Source: Leptolyngbyaceae cyanobacterium (lineage in GTDB: Bacteria > Cyanobacteriota > Cyanobacteriia > Phormidesmidales > Phormidesmidaceae). Taken from it: a stretch of 64,000 nucleotides of DNA. A program made the translations under genes and the position numbers. The stretch lies in assembly GCA_050331235.1 (NCBI GenBank), contig JBHJHA010000010.1, positions 1-64,000 of the forward strand, read 5' to 3'. Positions 30,142 to 39,366 of the stretch are shown piece after piece; position 1 is the stretch's first letter, and every line of letters starts with the position of its first letter. Under the pieces are notes generated by a model, which had not been told where the DNA came from, did no database searches, and was given only the letters and a program-made list of their open reading frames with translations.

Positions 30142-30591
30142 CTATTCGTAGAGCCACGCCTTGGCAGTAGATTCCCAGCTTGCCAGTTCGCCGTCTTGGA
30201 ACCACAGGGCGATTTCTTGATTGGCTGTCTCAACTGCATCAGAGCCGTGAATGAGGTTGCGTCCTACAGTGATGCCAAAATCCCCACGAATGGTTCCCGG
30301 AGCTGATTCAATGGGCTTGGTAGCACCGATCATCTTACGGGCGGCAGCGACGACACTTTCGCCTTCCCAAACCATTGCCACCACGGGACCAGAAGTAATA
30401 AAGTCAACCAGCCCAGCAAAAAAAGGCTTGCCCTCGTGCTCACCATAGTGCTGCTTGGCGAGTTCTTTCGATACCTGCATGAGTTTCATCCCCACCAAAG
30501 TAAAGCCCTTGCTCTCAAAGCGGCCGATGACCTCACCGATCAGGCCCCGCTGAACTCCATCGGGCTTGATCATAATAAACGTGCGTTCCAC
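30142..30591 (-). CDS. ndk: Nucleoside-diphosphate kinase
   Basis: [12 protein letters not shown]...GTIRGDF...RNLIHGSD. Confidence 0.98.
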   Translation of the reverse strand: MERTFIMIKPDGVQRGLIGEVIGRFESKGFTLVGMKLMQVSKELAKQHYGEHEGKPFFAGLVDFITSGPVVAMVWEGESVVAAARKMIGATKPIESAPGTIRGDFGITVGRNLIHGSDAVETANQEIALWFQDGELASWESTAKAWLYE

Positions 30592-30760
30592 AGATCCGAA
30601 CTCCTAACATGCGGACAACCCTTTCTATGCTGTGTAACAAAGGGACGTTTGTAAAGGTTTGGGGGCGACAAATCCGCTAATCGCCTGCTGTAGAGCGCAG
30701 ATTTCAGACTAGCATTGACATATACCAACATCTTTCGTGGCGGGGACGAACTAATTAGGC

Positions 30761-31450
30761 ATGACGTTTACCTCGGTGCTGAGTCAAATTCAGGGGGGGC
30801 TAATCGTGTCTTGTCAGGCCCCGGCCCAATCTCCCCTCCATGATCCGGCAGTGATTGCCGCCATGGCAGCGGCGGCGGTTAATCAAGGGGCGATCGCCGT
30901 TCGCATTGATAGTCCTGAACACATTGCTGCCGTCCGAGCGCGGGTATCTGTGCCCATTGTTGGGTTATGGAAGCAAGTTATTGCCGGTTCTGACGTATAC
31001 ATCACCCCGCAATTTCACCACGCGCAAGCGGTAGCTGCAGCTGGGGCCGACATCATTGCCATCGACGCCACTCTGCGATCACGCCCCGCCGGGGAGCAAC
31101 TGCCCGACCTTGTGCACCAAGTCCACGCCGATCTACAAAAGCCGGTGATGGCAGATATCGACACCTTGGTCTCTGCTCAAGCTGCCGTGGCCGCTGGGGT
31201 TGATCTGCTGGGTACCACGCTCTACGGCTACACTCAGGAAACCCAGACAGAGACGCCTCCAGGGTTTGATTTGCTCTCGCAATTAGTTGAGCAGCATTCC
31301 TTACCGACGATTTGCGAAGGCGGTATTGCCTCCCCTGAAGCAGCGCGCCTGGCCCTCGACCTGGGGGCCTCTGCCGTAGTAGTAGGTACGGCCATTACCG
31401 GCATTGACATTTTGGTGCAGCGATACTGCCAAGCTTTGGCCGCAACCTAA
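30761..31450 (+). CDS. nanE: N-acetylmannosamine-6-phosphate 2-epimerase
   Basis: GLIVSCQA, VYITP, MADI, GTTLYGYT, EGGI, VVVGTAIT. Confidence 0.93.
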   Translation: MTFTSVLSQIQGGLIVSCQAPAQSPLHDPAVIAAMAAAAVNQGAIAVRIDSPEHIAAVRARVSVPIVGLWKQVIAGSDVYITPQFHHAQAVAAAGADIIAIDATLRSRPAGEQLPDLVHQVHADLQKPVMADIDTLVSAQAAVAAGVDLLGTTLYGYTQETQTETPPGFDLLSQLVEQHSLPTICEGGIASPEAARLALDLGASAVVVGTAITGIDILVQRYCQALAAT

Positions 31451-31470
31451 CGTGCTACATCATGCATGGA

Positions 31471-32208
31471 TTAAGAGTTCTTTGGCGGAGCGTCGTCATA
31501 GGTGACATTGATTTGCACCTTTTTCTCATAGAGGCGGTTCAGCCATTGCGGATCAAGCCGGAGGTGATACATCACTTTGAGCATTTGATTCAGCAATGCC
31601 TGTTGATAAACCCCGCGATCGCGATAGCGACGGGCTGATGTTTTGACCGTTCCTGGCAAAATCACTGGAGCTCCGTACTGCCGCAGCTTTTGACTTAGAA
31701 CGGTATCTTCAAAAATATCCATATCGGGTACGCCGCCGATGGCCATAAGGCGCGATCGACGCACGGCGACGCAATGATCCAAATACAATATCTTGCCCCA
31801 CCGGGGCCGAATCGTTGAGGAATACCAGGAGGTATACTGCAGCAGCCAATGCTCCAGATCAAACTGGTGGCGAAAGCCAGCCCAGGCCACATCAGAATCC
31901 TGAAAGGCTTTATCAATTTGATCAATCGCCGTCACCGCCGGTAGTAACGTGGCGGGGTGATGTAACAGGACAATATCCCCCTGACTTGCCTGCAGACCAA
32001 TATTTAATCGCTGGGCCCGATTTTGGGCAGTCGTTTCGATCACACGAAAGCCCTCGGCAGCTTGCAACTGTTCCAGGGTGTCATCCTGGCTCGGGCTTAC
32101 TACTGCGAGCAGTTCAGGATTGCCCTGCTGCGATTGTAGATTATGGATAATGTGGGGCAGATAACCGTGACGTAACTCATTCACACAGGGCAAAACAACT
32201 GAAATCAC
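31471..32208 (-). CDS. GT2-family glycosyltransferase (TIGR04283-like, divergent DxD)
   Basis: ISVVLP, NRAQRLNIG, IGGVPDMDIFED, TSARR. Confidence 0.8.
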   Translation of the reverse strand: MISVVLPCVNELRHGYLPHIIHNLQSQQGNPELLAVVSPSQDDTLEQLQAAEGFRVIETTAQNRAQRLNIGLQASQGDIVLLHHPATLLPAVTAIDQIDKAFQDSDVAWAGFRHQFDLEHWLLQYTSWYSSTIRPRWGKILYLDHCVAVRRSRLMAIGGVPDMDIFEDTVLSQKLRQYGAPVILPGTVKTSARRYRDRGVYQQALLNQMLKVMYHLRLDPQWLNRLYEKKVQINVTYDDAPPKNS

Positions 32209-32323
32209 GGGCCAACCTTGAACTAACGATACAGGCTCTAAAAGTAAAGCTTAAGCAATCTCATCCTGGAGAAAAAATCGTTTACGCTGCAACCGCATGC
32301 CTCATTTTTCGAGTTTTATCGCC

Positions 32324-33058
32324 ATGACGACTGTGCAGATTGAAATCCACCCTGACCGGGCCGCTTTAGTCGATCGCTCTTTAGAGTTAGTCAAACAGCA
32401 TATCAATGCAGCCGTTGCCGCTCGAGATACCTGCGCGATCGCCCTAGCGGGGGGAAGCACCCCCAAGCCGCTCTATGAAGCGCTAGCAAATGCGAATCTT
32501 CCTTGGTCAAAACTCCAGATTTTTTGGGGAGATGAACGATACGTCCCCATTGAGCATCCCGACAGCAATGCGGGCATGGCTAAGACCGTCTGGCTCGATC
32601 AGGTGCCCATTCCAGTGACGCAGATTCACGTCATGCCAACGCACTTAGAGCAGCCGATGGAGGCCGCGATCGCCTACGAAAAATTGCTCAAGGATGCATT
32701 GGGGTATCAGCCAACCTTTGATATCGTGCTGCTGGGTATGGGCGATGACGGACACACATTGTCCCTGTTTCCCCATACGTCAGCGGTCAATGAGCGCGAT
32801 CGCCTAGTGACCGTCGGCGAAAAAGGCGGAGAGCCCCGCCTTACATTAACAGCATCATTGGTCAATCAGAGCCGCTGCGTCATGTTTTTGGTGGCTGGCG
32901 GTAATAAGCAGGCTGCGTTAGCTCAGGTTTTTGCCCCCGAGGGCGATGACATCGCCTATCCTTCTCGTAAAATTCAACCCCAAGGTGAACTTTGGTGGCT
33001 GCTTGACTCAGCAGCCGGAGAACCACTCAAGTCTCGCCCTGATGTGAACTTTTTCTAA
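32324..33058 (+). CDS. pgl: 6-phosphogluconolactonase
   Basis: ALAGGSTP, FWGDERYVP, LLGMGDDGHTLSLFP, RLTLT. Confidence 0.95.
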   Translation: MTTVQIEIHPDRAALVDRSLELVKQHINAAVAARDTCAIALAGGSTPKPLYEALANANLPWSKLQIFWGDERYVPIEHPDSNAGMAKTVWLDQVPIPVTQIHVMPTHLEQPMEAAIAYEKLLKDALGYQPTFDIVLLGMGDDGHTLSLFPHTSAVNERDRLVTVGEKGGEPRLTLTASLVNQSRCVMFLVAGGNKQAALAQVFAPEGDDIAYPSRKIQPQGELWWLLDSAAGEPLKSRPDVNFF

Positions 33059-33286
33059 CTCGCTCCAACCCCCTCTAAAGCGGCCAGTCTCAGATGAAAT
33101 ATCCCTAACCAAGAGATGGAGATGATCCCAGAAGCGGGCCTCAGGCGACAACGATGGGAGCACAAATATATTTCTTAAACTAATCTCCCAAACCTCGACC
33201 GTAATACCGGGGTTTATGGCAAGATATCAAACATGGCTATTTGGCCACTCAACTTATTGACCTTTCAGATTCACAGAGAGTTGCTT

Positions 33287-33922
33287 ATGACGCTGCAATT
33301 AGGCGATACCGTACCTAATTTCACCCAACAATCATCCGCAGGTGAAATTAACTTTTACGATTGGGCTGGCGATAGCTGGGTTGTGTTCTTTTCTCATCCC
33401 GCCGATTACACTCCTGTTTGCACCACTGAGTTAGGTGAAGTCGCCAAGCTCAAGGGCGAGTTTGAAAAGCGTAATGCCAAGGTGATAGCGCTCAGCGTAG
33501 ATGGTGCTGAGTCCCATAAGGGATGGATTGGCGATATTGATGAAACCCAGGGGACTGCCGTCAACTATCCCATCATTGCTGATGAAGACAAAAAGGTTTC
33601 TGACCTGTACGGCATGATTCATCCTAATGCTGACGATAAGGTCACTGTGCGCACCGTATTTGTGATCGACCCTAACCATAAGCTGCGTCTCACTATCACT
33701 TATCCCCCTAGCACCGGGCGTAACTTCCAAGAAATTTTGCGAGTTATCGATTCACTGCAGCTGACTGATAACTACAGTGTGGCGACTCCGGTGAATTGGA
33801 AAGACGGTGAAGACGTTGTGGTCTCTCCCAAAATTTCCACCGAGGATGCGAAAGAGCGTTTCCCTAAAGGGGTTACCGAAATTAAGCCCTACTTGCGGAT
33901 GACTCCCCAGCCCAACAAGTAA
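33287..33922 (+). CDS. 1-Cys peroxiredoxin (Prx6)
   Basis: FSHPADYTPVCTTELG, GRNFQEILRVIDSLQLT, ATPVNW. Confidence 0.95.
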   Translation: MTLQLGDTVPNFTQQSSAGEINFYDWAGDSWVVFFSHPADYTPVCTTELGEVAKLKGEFEKRNAKVIALSVDGAESHKGWIGDIDETQGTAVNYPIIADEDKKVSDLYGMIHPNADDKVTVRTVFVIDPNHKLRLTITYPPSTGRNFQEILRVIDSLQLTDNYSVATPVNWKDGEDVVVSPKISTEDAKERFPKGVTEIKPYLRMTPQPNK

Positions 33923-33950
33923 GCTGACAAGTTACAACTAATCGTTGTGG

Positions 33951-33982
33951 AAGATGCTCTCTGTTTGGGGAGCATCTTTTTT
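33951..33982 (+). terminator. Rho-independent terminator after peroxiredoxin
   Basis: AAGATGCTC-tctgtttggg-GAGCATCTT followed by a T-run. Confidence 0.85.
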
Positions 33983-34067
33983 ATGGGCATAACAACAAAG
34001 GATAGACAGGTGCAAGGGCCAAGATACCGGCAAGGACTTTGTCCCAAACAATCCGGCGATTGCTCAC

Positions 34068-34397
34068 TCAGTCTGTCCAGATTTGCTTGACAGCTTCAGC
34101 AATGCGGGTCAAATCTTCATCGAGCAGAGGCGGCCACTCGACTTGTTTGAGTCGCCCAAGATTGTAAAGCTGACGGCTCTCATAAGACAAGATGAAAAGT
34201 GCATGTCCTAGCGATCGCTCAACCGTTGGTTCATTAGTTAGCGATTGTGACAGCGTTTTGAGGGCCAGCAGTAGTGACGTTGCCTGCCCTGGCACCGGGG
34301 CCTGCCCCTGACGTAAACACTCAATGAATGATGTTTGCCCAGGTACGGAGGAAAATGCTTGCGCCATTACAAATTGCCGTGCCGTATCAAAGTCCAT
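34068..34397 (-). CDS. Conserved cyanobacterial hypothetical protein
   Basis: PVPGQATSLLLALK...WPPLLDEDLTRIA; plausible ~109-aa ORF. Confidence 0.7.
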   Translation of the reverse strand: MDFDTARQFVMAQAFSSVPGQTSFIECLRQGQAPVPGQATSLLLALKTLSQSLTNEPTVERSLGHALFILSYESRQLYNLGRLKQVEWPPLLDEDLTRIAEAVKQIWTD

Positions 34398-34738
34398 AGC
34401 CGCCAACCCCTCAGCAAAAACACAGTTTAGCTTGTTGCGAATATATGAGCTACGGGCACCCTAAGGCCGACGGATTAAGCCCAAACGGTTGCCCTGAAAT
34501 TCATGGAGACTTTATCAAGAAAACTCTGAAGTCTGTGATGAAACTGCGAAATGTGATAGCAAATGCCCTTGATTTTAGCGGTGATCTTTAGCATCAAAGA
34601 AGAATTGGCGACCCTTTCACCTCCCACGAGAGCTGTAGAGTGCACATTTCGTTCATACGGCGGCTAGACCTCTCCCTTGCCTGAGACATCACAGCATCTA
34701 CCTACCGCTTTATTTTGCTCCTTAAACTTGACAGACCT

Positions 34739-35911
34739 ATGGCAGAAACGACGCATCCGATTCCTTTTGTCGATCTCTCTTGGCAGCATGCGCAGGTCCA
34801 AGATCAGATTCACGCTGCATTGACGGCGGTTCTCGGCCGGGGTGATTTTGTCTTAGGTCAGGCGGTCAAAGATTTTGAACAAGCGTTTGCCACTGCTTCT
34901 GGCGCTGGACATGGGGTCGGTGTGGGCTGTGGAACTGATGCCATTGCGCTGGGTCTCTCCGCCTGTGGCATTGGCCAAGGGGACGAGGTGCTCTTGCCGG
35001 CAAACACGTTTGTAGCGACGCTGATCGGCATTTTGCGCGCCGGGGCGACCCCAGTCTTTGTAGATTGCGATCGCGAAACTGCGCTGATTGACCTAACGGC
35101 GGCAGCAGCGGCCATAACCTCCAAAACCCGCGCGATCGTGCCAGTTCACTTGTATGGGCAGATGGTGTCTCCGGGTAAGCTCAACGCGTTGGCCCAGCGC
35201 CACGATCTGATTATTTTCGAAGACGCCGCTCAGGCCCACCTCGCGGAGCGGGAAGGGATCCGGGCAGGCAGTGTTGGTACAGCCGCAGCTTTTAGCTTTT
35301 ATCCTAGTAAAAATCTGGGCGGCATTGGCGATGGAGGCATGCTCCTTACCCAAGAAGCTCTCGTGGCCCAGACCGTGCGGTCGTTGCGCAATTATGGTGC
35401 CGTTCGCAAATACTTTCATACTGAGCCAAAGGGGACTAATAGCCGTCTAGATACTTTACAAGCTGCCGTTTTAGGGCTCAAACTGCCGCTGCTTCCCAGT
35501 TGGAATCAAGCACGTAATCAAATTGCCCAGTATTACGACGAGCGTTTGGCCGCGTTCCGGGAACTTGACCTTATGCCTATGCGCAATGACAGCGGTACTG
35601 GCCATGTTTATCACCTATATGTCGTGAGAGTCACTGCTGATTGCCCGATTGATCGCACGGCGCTGCAGCTCATGTTGCAAGAGAGCGGCATTCAAAGCGG
35701 TATTCATTACCCGGTCCCTTGCCATTTACAGCCAGCATTCCAATTTTTGGGTTATCAGCCAGGGGCGTTTCCCCAGGCTGAGGCCCTTTGCCAAGAAATC
35801 CTTTCCTTGCCAATGTATCCCGGTATGCGGCTCGATCAGGCTGACCGAGTCGTCGAGGCGATCGCCCAAGGAATTCACCAAAAGTTGCCCATAGCTACTT
35901 TGACCGCTTGA
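34739..35911 (+). CDS. DegT/DnrJ/EryC1/StrS sugar aminotransferase
   Basis: IPFVDL, GTDAI, VHLYGQ, EDAAQAH, SFYPSKNLG, NSRLDTLQAA. Confidence 0.95.
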   Translation: MAETTHPIPFVDLSWQHAQVQDQIHAALTAVLGRGDFVLGQAVKDFEQAFATASGAGHGVGVGCGTDAIALGLSACGIGQGDEVLLPANTFVATLIGILRAGATPVFVDCDRETALIDLTAAAAAITSKTRAIVPVHLYGQMVSPGKLNALAQRHDLIIFEDAAQAHLAEREGIRAGSVGTAAAFSFYPSKNLGGIGDGGMLLTQEALVAQTVRSLRNYGAVRKYFHTEPKGTNSRLDTLQAAVLGLKLPLLPSWNQARNQIAQYYDERLAAFRELDLMPMRNDSGTGHVYHLYVVRVTADCPIDRTALQLMLQESGIQSGIHYPVPCHLQPAFQFLGYQPGAFPQAEALCQEILSLPMYPGMRLDQADRVVEAIAQGIHQKLPIATLTA

Positions 35912-35926
35912 TTGAGACCCAAAGCC

Positions 35927-36826
35927 ATGACATTAAGCAACTCATTTGATAAAAAACGGCTGCCGGCGCCCTTGTCTATTGCTCTCATGGGGCTATTAGT
36001 GCTTATGTACGGTCCCTTGCTATGGCATTGGGTCGATGGCTGGCTCAATAAATCCATCAGCATTCAACATGAATACTTTAGCCATGGATTGATTGGTATT
36101 CCGTTTGCAGTCTATATTGCCTGGGGTTTACGGCCACGGTGGCAGGCCCTACCGGAGCAGATGCACCCTGCCGGGATTGGCCTCCTGGCCATGGCCAGTG
36201 CACTCTATCTGAGCCAGCTCACAGACTGGATGAATATTTCCTTACCGCTGATGCTGGCAGGAATTTGTCTAACTCTCAAGGGGTGGCCGGGGTTAAAACT
36301 AATGGGATTTCCGCTGGCTTTAGTCGCGCTCGCTACCCCCAGTCAGCTGCCCTATTTGATCGAGCCTTACATTTTGCCTTTGCAGCACTTTATTGCGAGT
36401 GTTGCGGGCTTTTTACTCATTCAGGGCGGTGTTGATGTCACCGTTGATCAGATTTATCTCAGAGTCAATGACCAAATGGTCGAGGTCGCACCTCACTGTG
36501 CAGGACTAAAGATGCTGTTCACCAGTTTGTATGTCGCGCTGATGCTGACTTACTGGAATGAACTTTGGCCTTCTCGACTACGAACCGGGGTTTTCTTAGC
36601 AGCGACGATTGGCATCAGTGTCACTGGCAACATCATCCGCAATGCGATGCTGAGCTATTTCCACGGTACGGGGAATGCCGATGCTTTCTACTGGCTCCAC
36701 GATAGCTGGGGCGGCGATCTCTATTCGGCTTTGATGTTGCTCTCGTTAGTGTTTGTGTTGCGCCTCGTCCAGAGTTTTGTCCCAGCTACTCTCTCACTGG
36801 ATATTGAGTCAGAGGCTGCGGTCTAA
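35927..36826 (+). CDS. Cyanoexosortase B
   Basis: HEYFSHG; catalytic C-R-H in VAPHCAGLKML, GNIIRN and WLHDSWGG; multi-TM. Confidence 0.9.
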   Translation: MTLSNSFDKKRLPAPLSIALMGLLVLMYGPLLWHWVDGWLNKSISIQHEYFSHGLIGIPFAVYIAWGLRPRWQALPEQMHPAGIGLLAMASALYLSQLTDWMNISLPLMLAGICLTLKGWPGLKLMGFPLALVALATPSQLPYLIEPYILPLQHFIASVAGFLLIQGGVDVTVDQIYLRVNDQMVEVAPHCAGLKMLFTSLYVALMLTYWNELWPSRLRTGVFLAATIGISVTGNIIRNAMLSYFHGTGNADAFYWLHDSWGGDLYSALMLLSLVFVLRLVQSFVPATLSLDIESEAAV

Positions 36827-36860
36827 ATATTTCTTGTAGTTGGAAAAGAGGCTGATTGTC

Positions 36861-37583
36861 ATGTCACAAGCGACTAAACCAATGCCCAAACAGTGGTCGA
36901 TAATCCAAGGAGGTCTGGTAGTTATGCTGGCCGCTGTGATAGCGATCGCCATGCTGCCTAGTTATTTCAGTGGCCAATGGCCCTGGAGTGCTGACCTGCC
37001 GCTCCCCCATCTCAGCCAAATGAGGGACCTGATAGAGACGCCATTAGAATTATCCGGTTGGGAGTCGACTTACCATCAGGAAGTCACCATTGGCCGCAAG
37101 TCTTGGACAGTAACGGAATATCGTCGCTTGGAGAGCGGTGCTGACCAGCCAGAAACGTTTGCTTTACTGCTGCGACCACAACTCGCGGTCGACCAACAGC
37201 CGGAGGTGGAATGGGTTGATCTTAGGGGGGCTCAAGGGTGGCAAGTAAGCGATCGCCACACCGTTCAGTTTGAGGCAATAACCGACGGTGCATCTGCTCC
37301 GCTGGAAGTTAAAACTCGCTATCAGAGGGGCATCGACGAACGTAACACACTGGCCGTTATGCAATGGTACGCCTGGCCTCAGGGTGGACACTTCGCTCCA
37401 GGACGGTGGTTTTGGGCGGATCAGGCACAGCAGTGGCAACAGCGGGAGCATATGCCTTGGGTGGGGGTAAGTGTACTATTGCAGATCGAACCCGTGGGCA
37501 ATATTCGACCGCACACTGATACGGTTGTTGAGATTGCCAAAGCGGTTCAGCAGAGTCTACTGGCGTCAACTTTTCGGTCTTAA
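36861..37583 (+). CDS. Cyanoexosortase B system-associated protein
   Basis: PSYFSGQWPW, LLLRPQ...QPEVEWVD, QWYAWPQGG..P.RWFWADQ; directly follows the exosortase. Confidence 0.85.
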   Translation: MSQATKPMPKQWSIIQGGLVVMLAAVIAIAMLPSYFSGQWPWSADLPLPHLSQMRDLIETPLELSGWESTYHQEVTIGRKSWTVTEYRRLESGADQPETFALLLRPQLAVDQQPEVEWVDLRGAQGWQVSDRHTVQFEAITDGASAPLEVKTRYQRGIDERNTLAVMQWYAWPQGGHFAPGRWFWADQAQQWQQREHMPWVGVSVLLQIEPVGNIRPHTDTVVEIAKAVQQSLLASTFRS

Positions 37584-37850
37584 GCTATCCCTGACAAGGG
37601 AGCCTACCTGAACAAGTGAGACTTTAGAGAAGATGCCCCCTTCAAAGTGGGCAAGTGGTGCTAAGGGTTGGGTTATGTGCAGCCCTAAGAGAATTACCCG
37701 GATGTTTAAACCCCTGCTAATCGACAAAGGACTATCCCGAGTAGCGAAGATGACGCTGAAGTATATGAACGGGATCAGTGTGATTTAATGAGCGTTAGCC
37801 CGCACTCGTTCCCACGGATGCAATCATTTATCAGCTTGATGTGACTGGAT

Positions 37851-39275
37851 ATGGCCATCACAAATTTTGGCTTAAAGCCCCGTTGGCATTGCTATTATCT
37901 TTGGACCCGCATGAGTACGTTGGCGATCGCGTCAGTGGTGCTGGGAACGGCGAGTGCCTATGCTGCTACAGCTGATTCCTATGCAACGCAACTGGTAACG
38001 GATGCAGGCTGGCGCGTAGCTAAAGTCGATCACCTCAAGCAGCATCAAGCGACCTCAGACTCGAACCTATTAGCCCCCAAACCGGTAGAATCCGTCACGC
38101 CAACAATGACGGGACAAACACTGCCACCAGAAGGGTTTACTCCGGACTCAGATTACACAGCGCCTTTACCGTTGCCGACTCAGCCACTTCCACCGGCAGC
38201 CGATGATGCGCCTCTGCCCCCGCCCAATGGTCTACCTCCGACGGATAATCCCCTGCCGCCACCCGGCACAAATGACTTGATTGATAGCGTATTGGGTCGC
38301 CCACAGCCCCCAGAGTTCGATAGTTATCGATTAGGCCCTGGAGACTCGTTTTTTGTCAACGTCCGCCAGTTTCCAGATCTCAGCTTTCAAGCCACGCTGG
38401 ATATTCAAGGTAATGTCATTGTGCCGTTGCAAGGCGTGGTGTCTTTTCGGGGTTTGACAATCGAAGCGGCGGAAAATGTTGTAGATCGAATTTATGACCA
38501 ATATGTCATCAATCCTGATGTGAGTGTGACCTTAGTGGCCCAGCGTGGTGTTGAGGTCACCATTCTCGGTGAGGTTGTGCGTCCGGGCTACTATCCGCTG
38601 GCGGTGCCACAAATTTCCACTGCAATTCTCTCAGCGGGGGGAACCACTGGCACCGCCGATCTGCGATCTGTTTTGGTTCAGCGACGCTTGCCCGATGGAC
38701 AGCTTTTAGAGCGTACGATTGACCTATTTACACCGTTAAAGGAAGGTCAAGAAATTCCAGATGTAGCCCTACAAGACGGTGATGTGATTTTGATTGATCG
38801 ACTAGACCCGGCGGCCTTAGACGAATACGATCGCGAATTGGTTGCTCGTTCTACCTTGGCAACGCCGACTATCACCGTGCGGTTCTTGAACTATGGCTCT
38901 GGCAGCTTGGGAGGCTCCACGTCAGGCTCCCTCACGGCGATCGACTTACCCAACGGCAGCCGCTTCGCTGATGCACTCATCAGAGCGAATCTGAATCCGG
39001 ATACGTCTAATCTGGGCGAAGTGGCCCTTATTCGCTTTGATGAAGAGGCCGGCCGCGCCGTCACAACCACCCTCGACGGGAATGATGCATTTCGGGGCAT
39101 TCCCGCCGAAAATCCTCCGCTCATGGCCAATGATGTAATCATTGTCAATCGGACAATCCTAGCGAAGTTGACCTATGCTTTAAACACCTTCACGCAGCCA
39201 TTCAGAGATGTACTGGGGTTCTTGCTGTTTTTCGATCAGTTAGCTGATTCGACTGAAAGTCTGTTTGGTCCTTAA
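37851..39275 (+). CDS. wza: Wza-type polysaccharide export protein
   Basis: YRLGPGD (PES domain), GEVVRPGYY, SLBB repeats; Pro-rich N-terminal linker. Confidence 0.88.
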   Translation: MAITNFGLKPRWHCYYLWTRMSTLAIASVVLGTASAYAATADSYATQLVTDAGWRVAKVDHLKQHQATSDSNLLAPKPVESVTPTMTGQTLPPEGFTPDSDYTAPLPLPTQPLPPAADDAPLPPPNGLPPTDNPLPPPGTNDLIDSVLGRPQPPEFDSYRLGPGDSFFVNVRQFPDLSFQATLDIQGNVIVPLQGVVSFRGLTIEAAENVVDRIYDQYVINPDVSVTLVAQRGVEVTILGEVVRPGYYPLAVPQISTAILSAGGTTGTADLRSVLVQRRLPDGQLLERTIDLFTPLKEGQEIPDVALQDGDVILIDRLDPAALDEYDRELVARSTLATPTITVRFLNYGSGSLGGSTSGSLTAIDLPNGSRFADALIRANLNPDTSNLGEVALIRFDEEAGRAVTTTLDGNDAFRGIPAENPPLMANDVIIVNRTILAKLTYALNTFTQPFRDVLGFLLFFDQLADSTESLFGP

Positions 39276-39366
39276 GGGCTTTCTCTTCCTTGCAACAGCG
39301 TTTTTAGCCTCGTTACATTCTCATCACATTTAGATATCTGTCCCCCCTCATCGCTTTTTTCCTGCC

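Noticed and set aside
38150..38270. Tandem repeat or array in wza
   Set aside because: It is a Pro-rich low-complexity coding linker, not a DNA repeat array.
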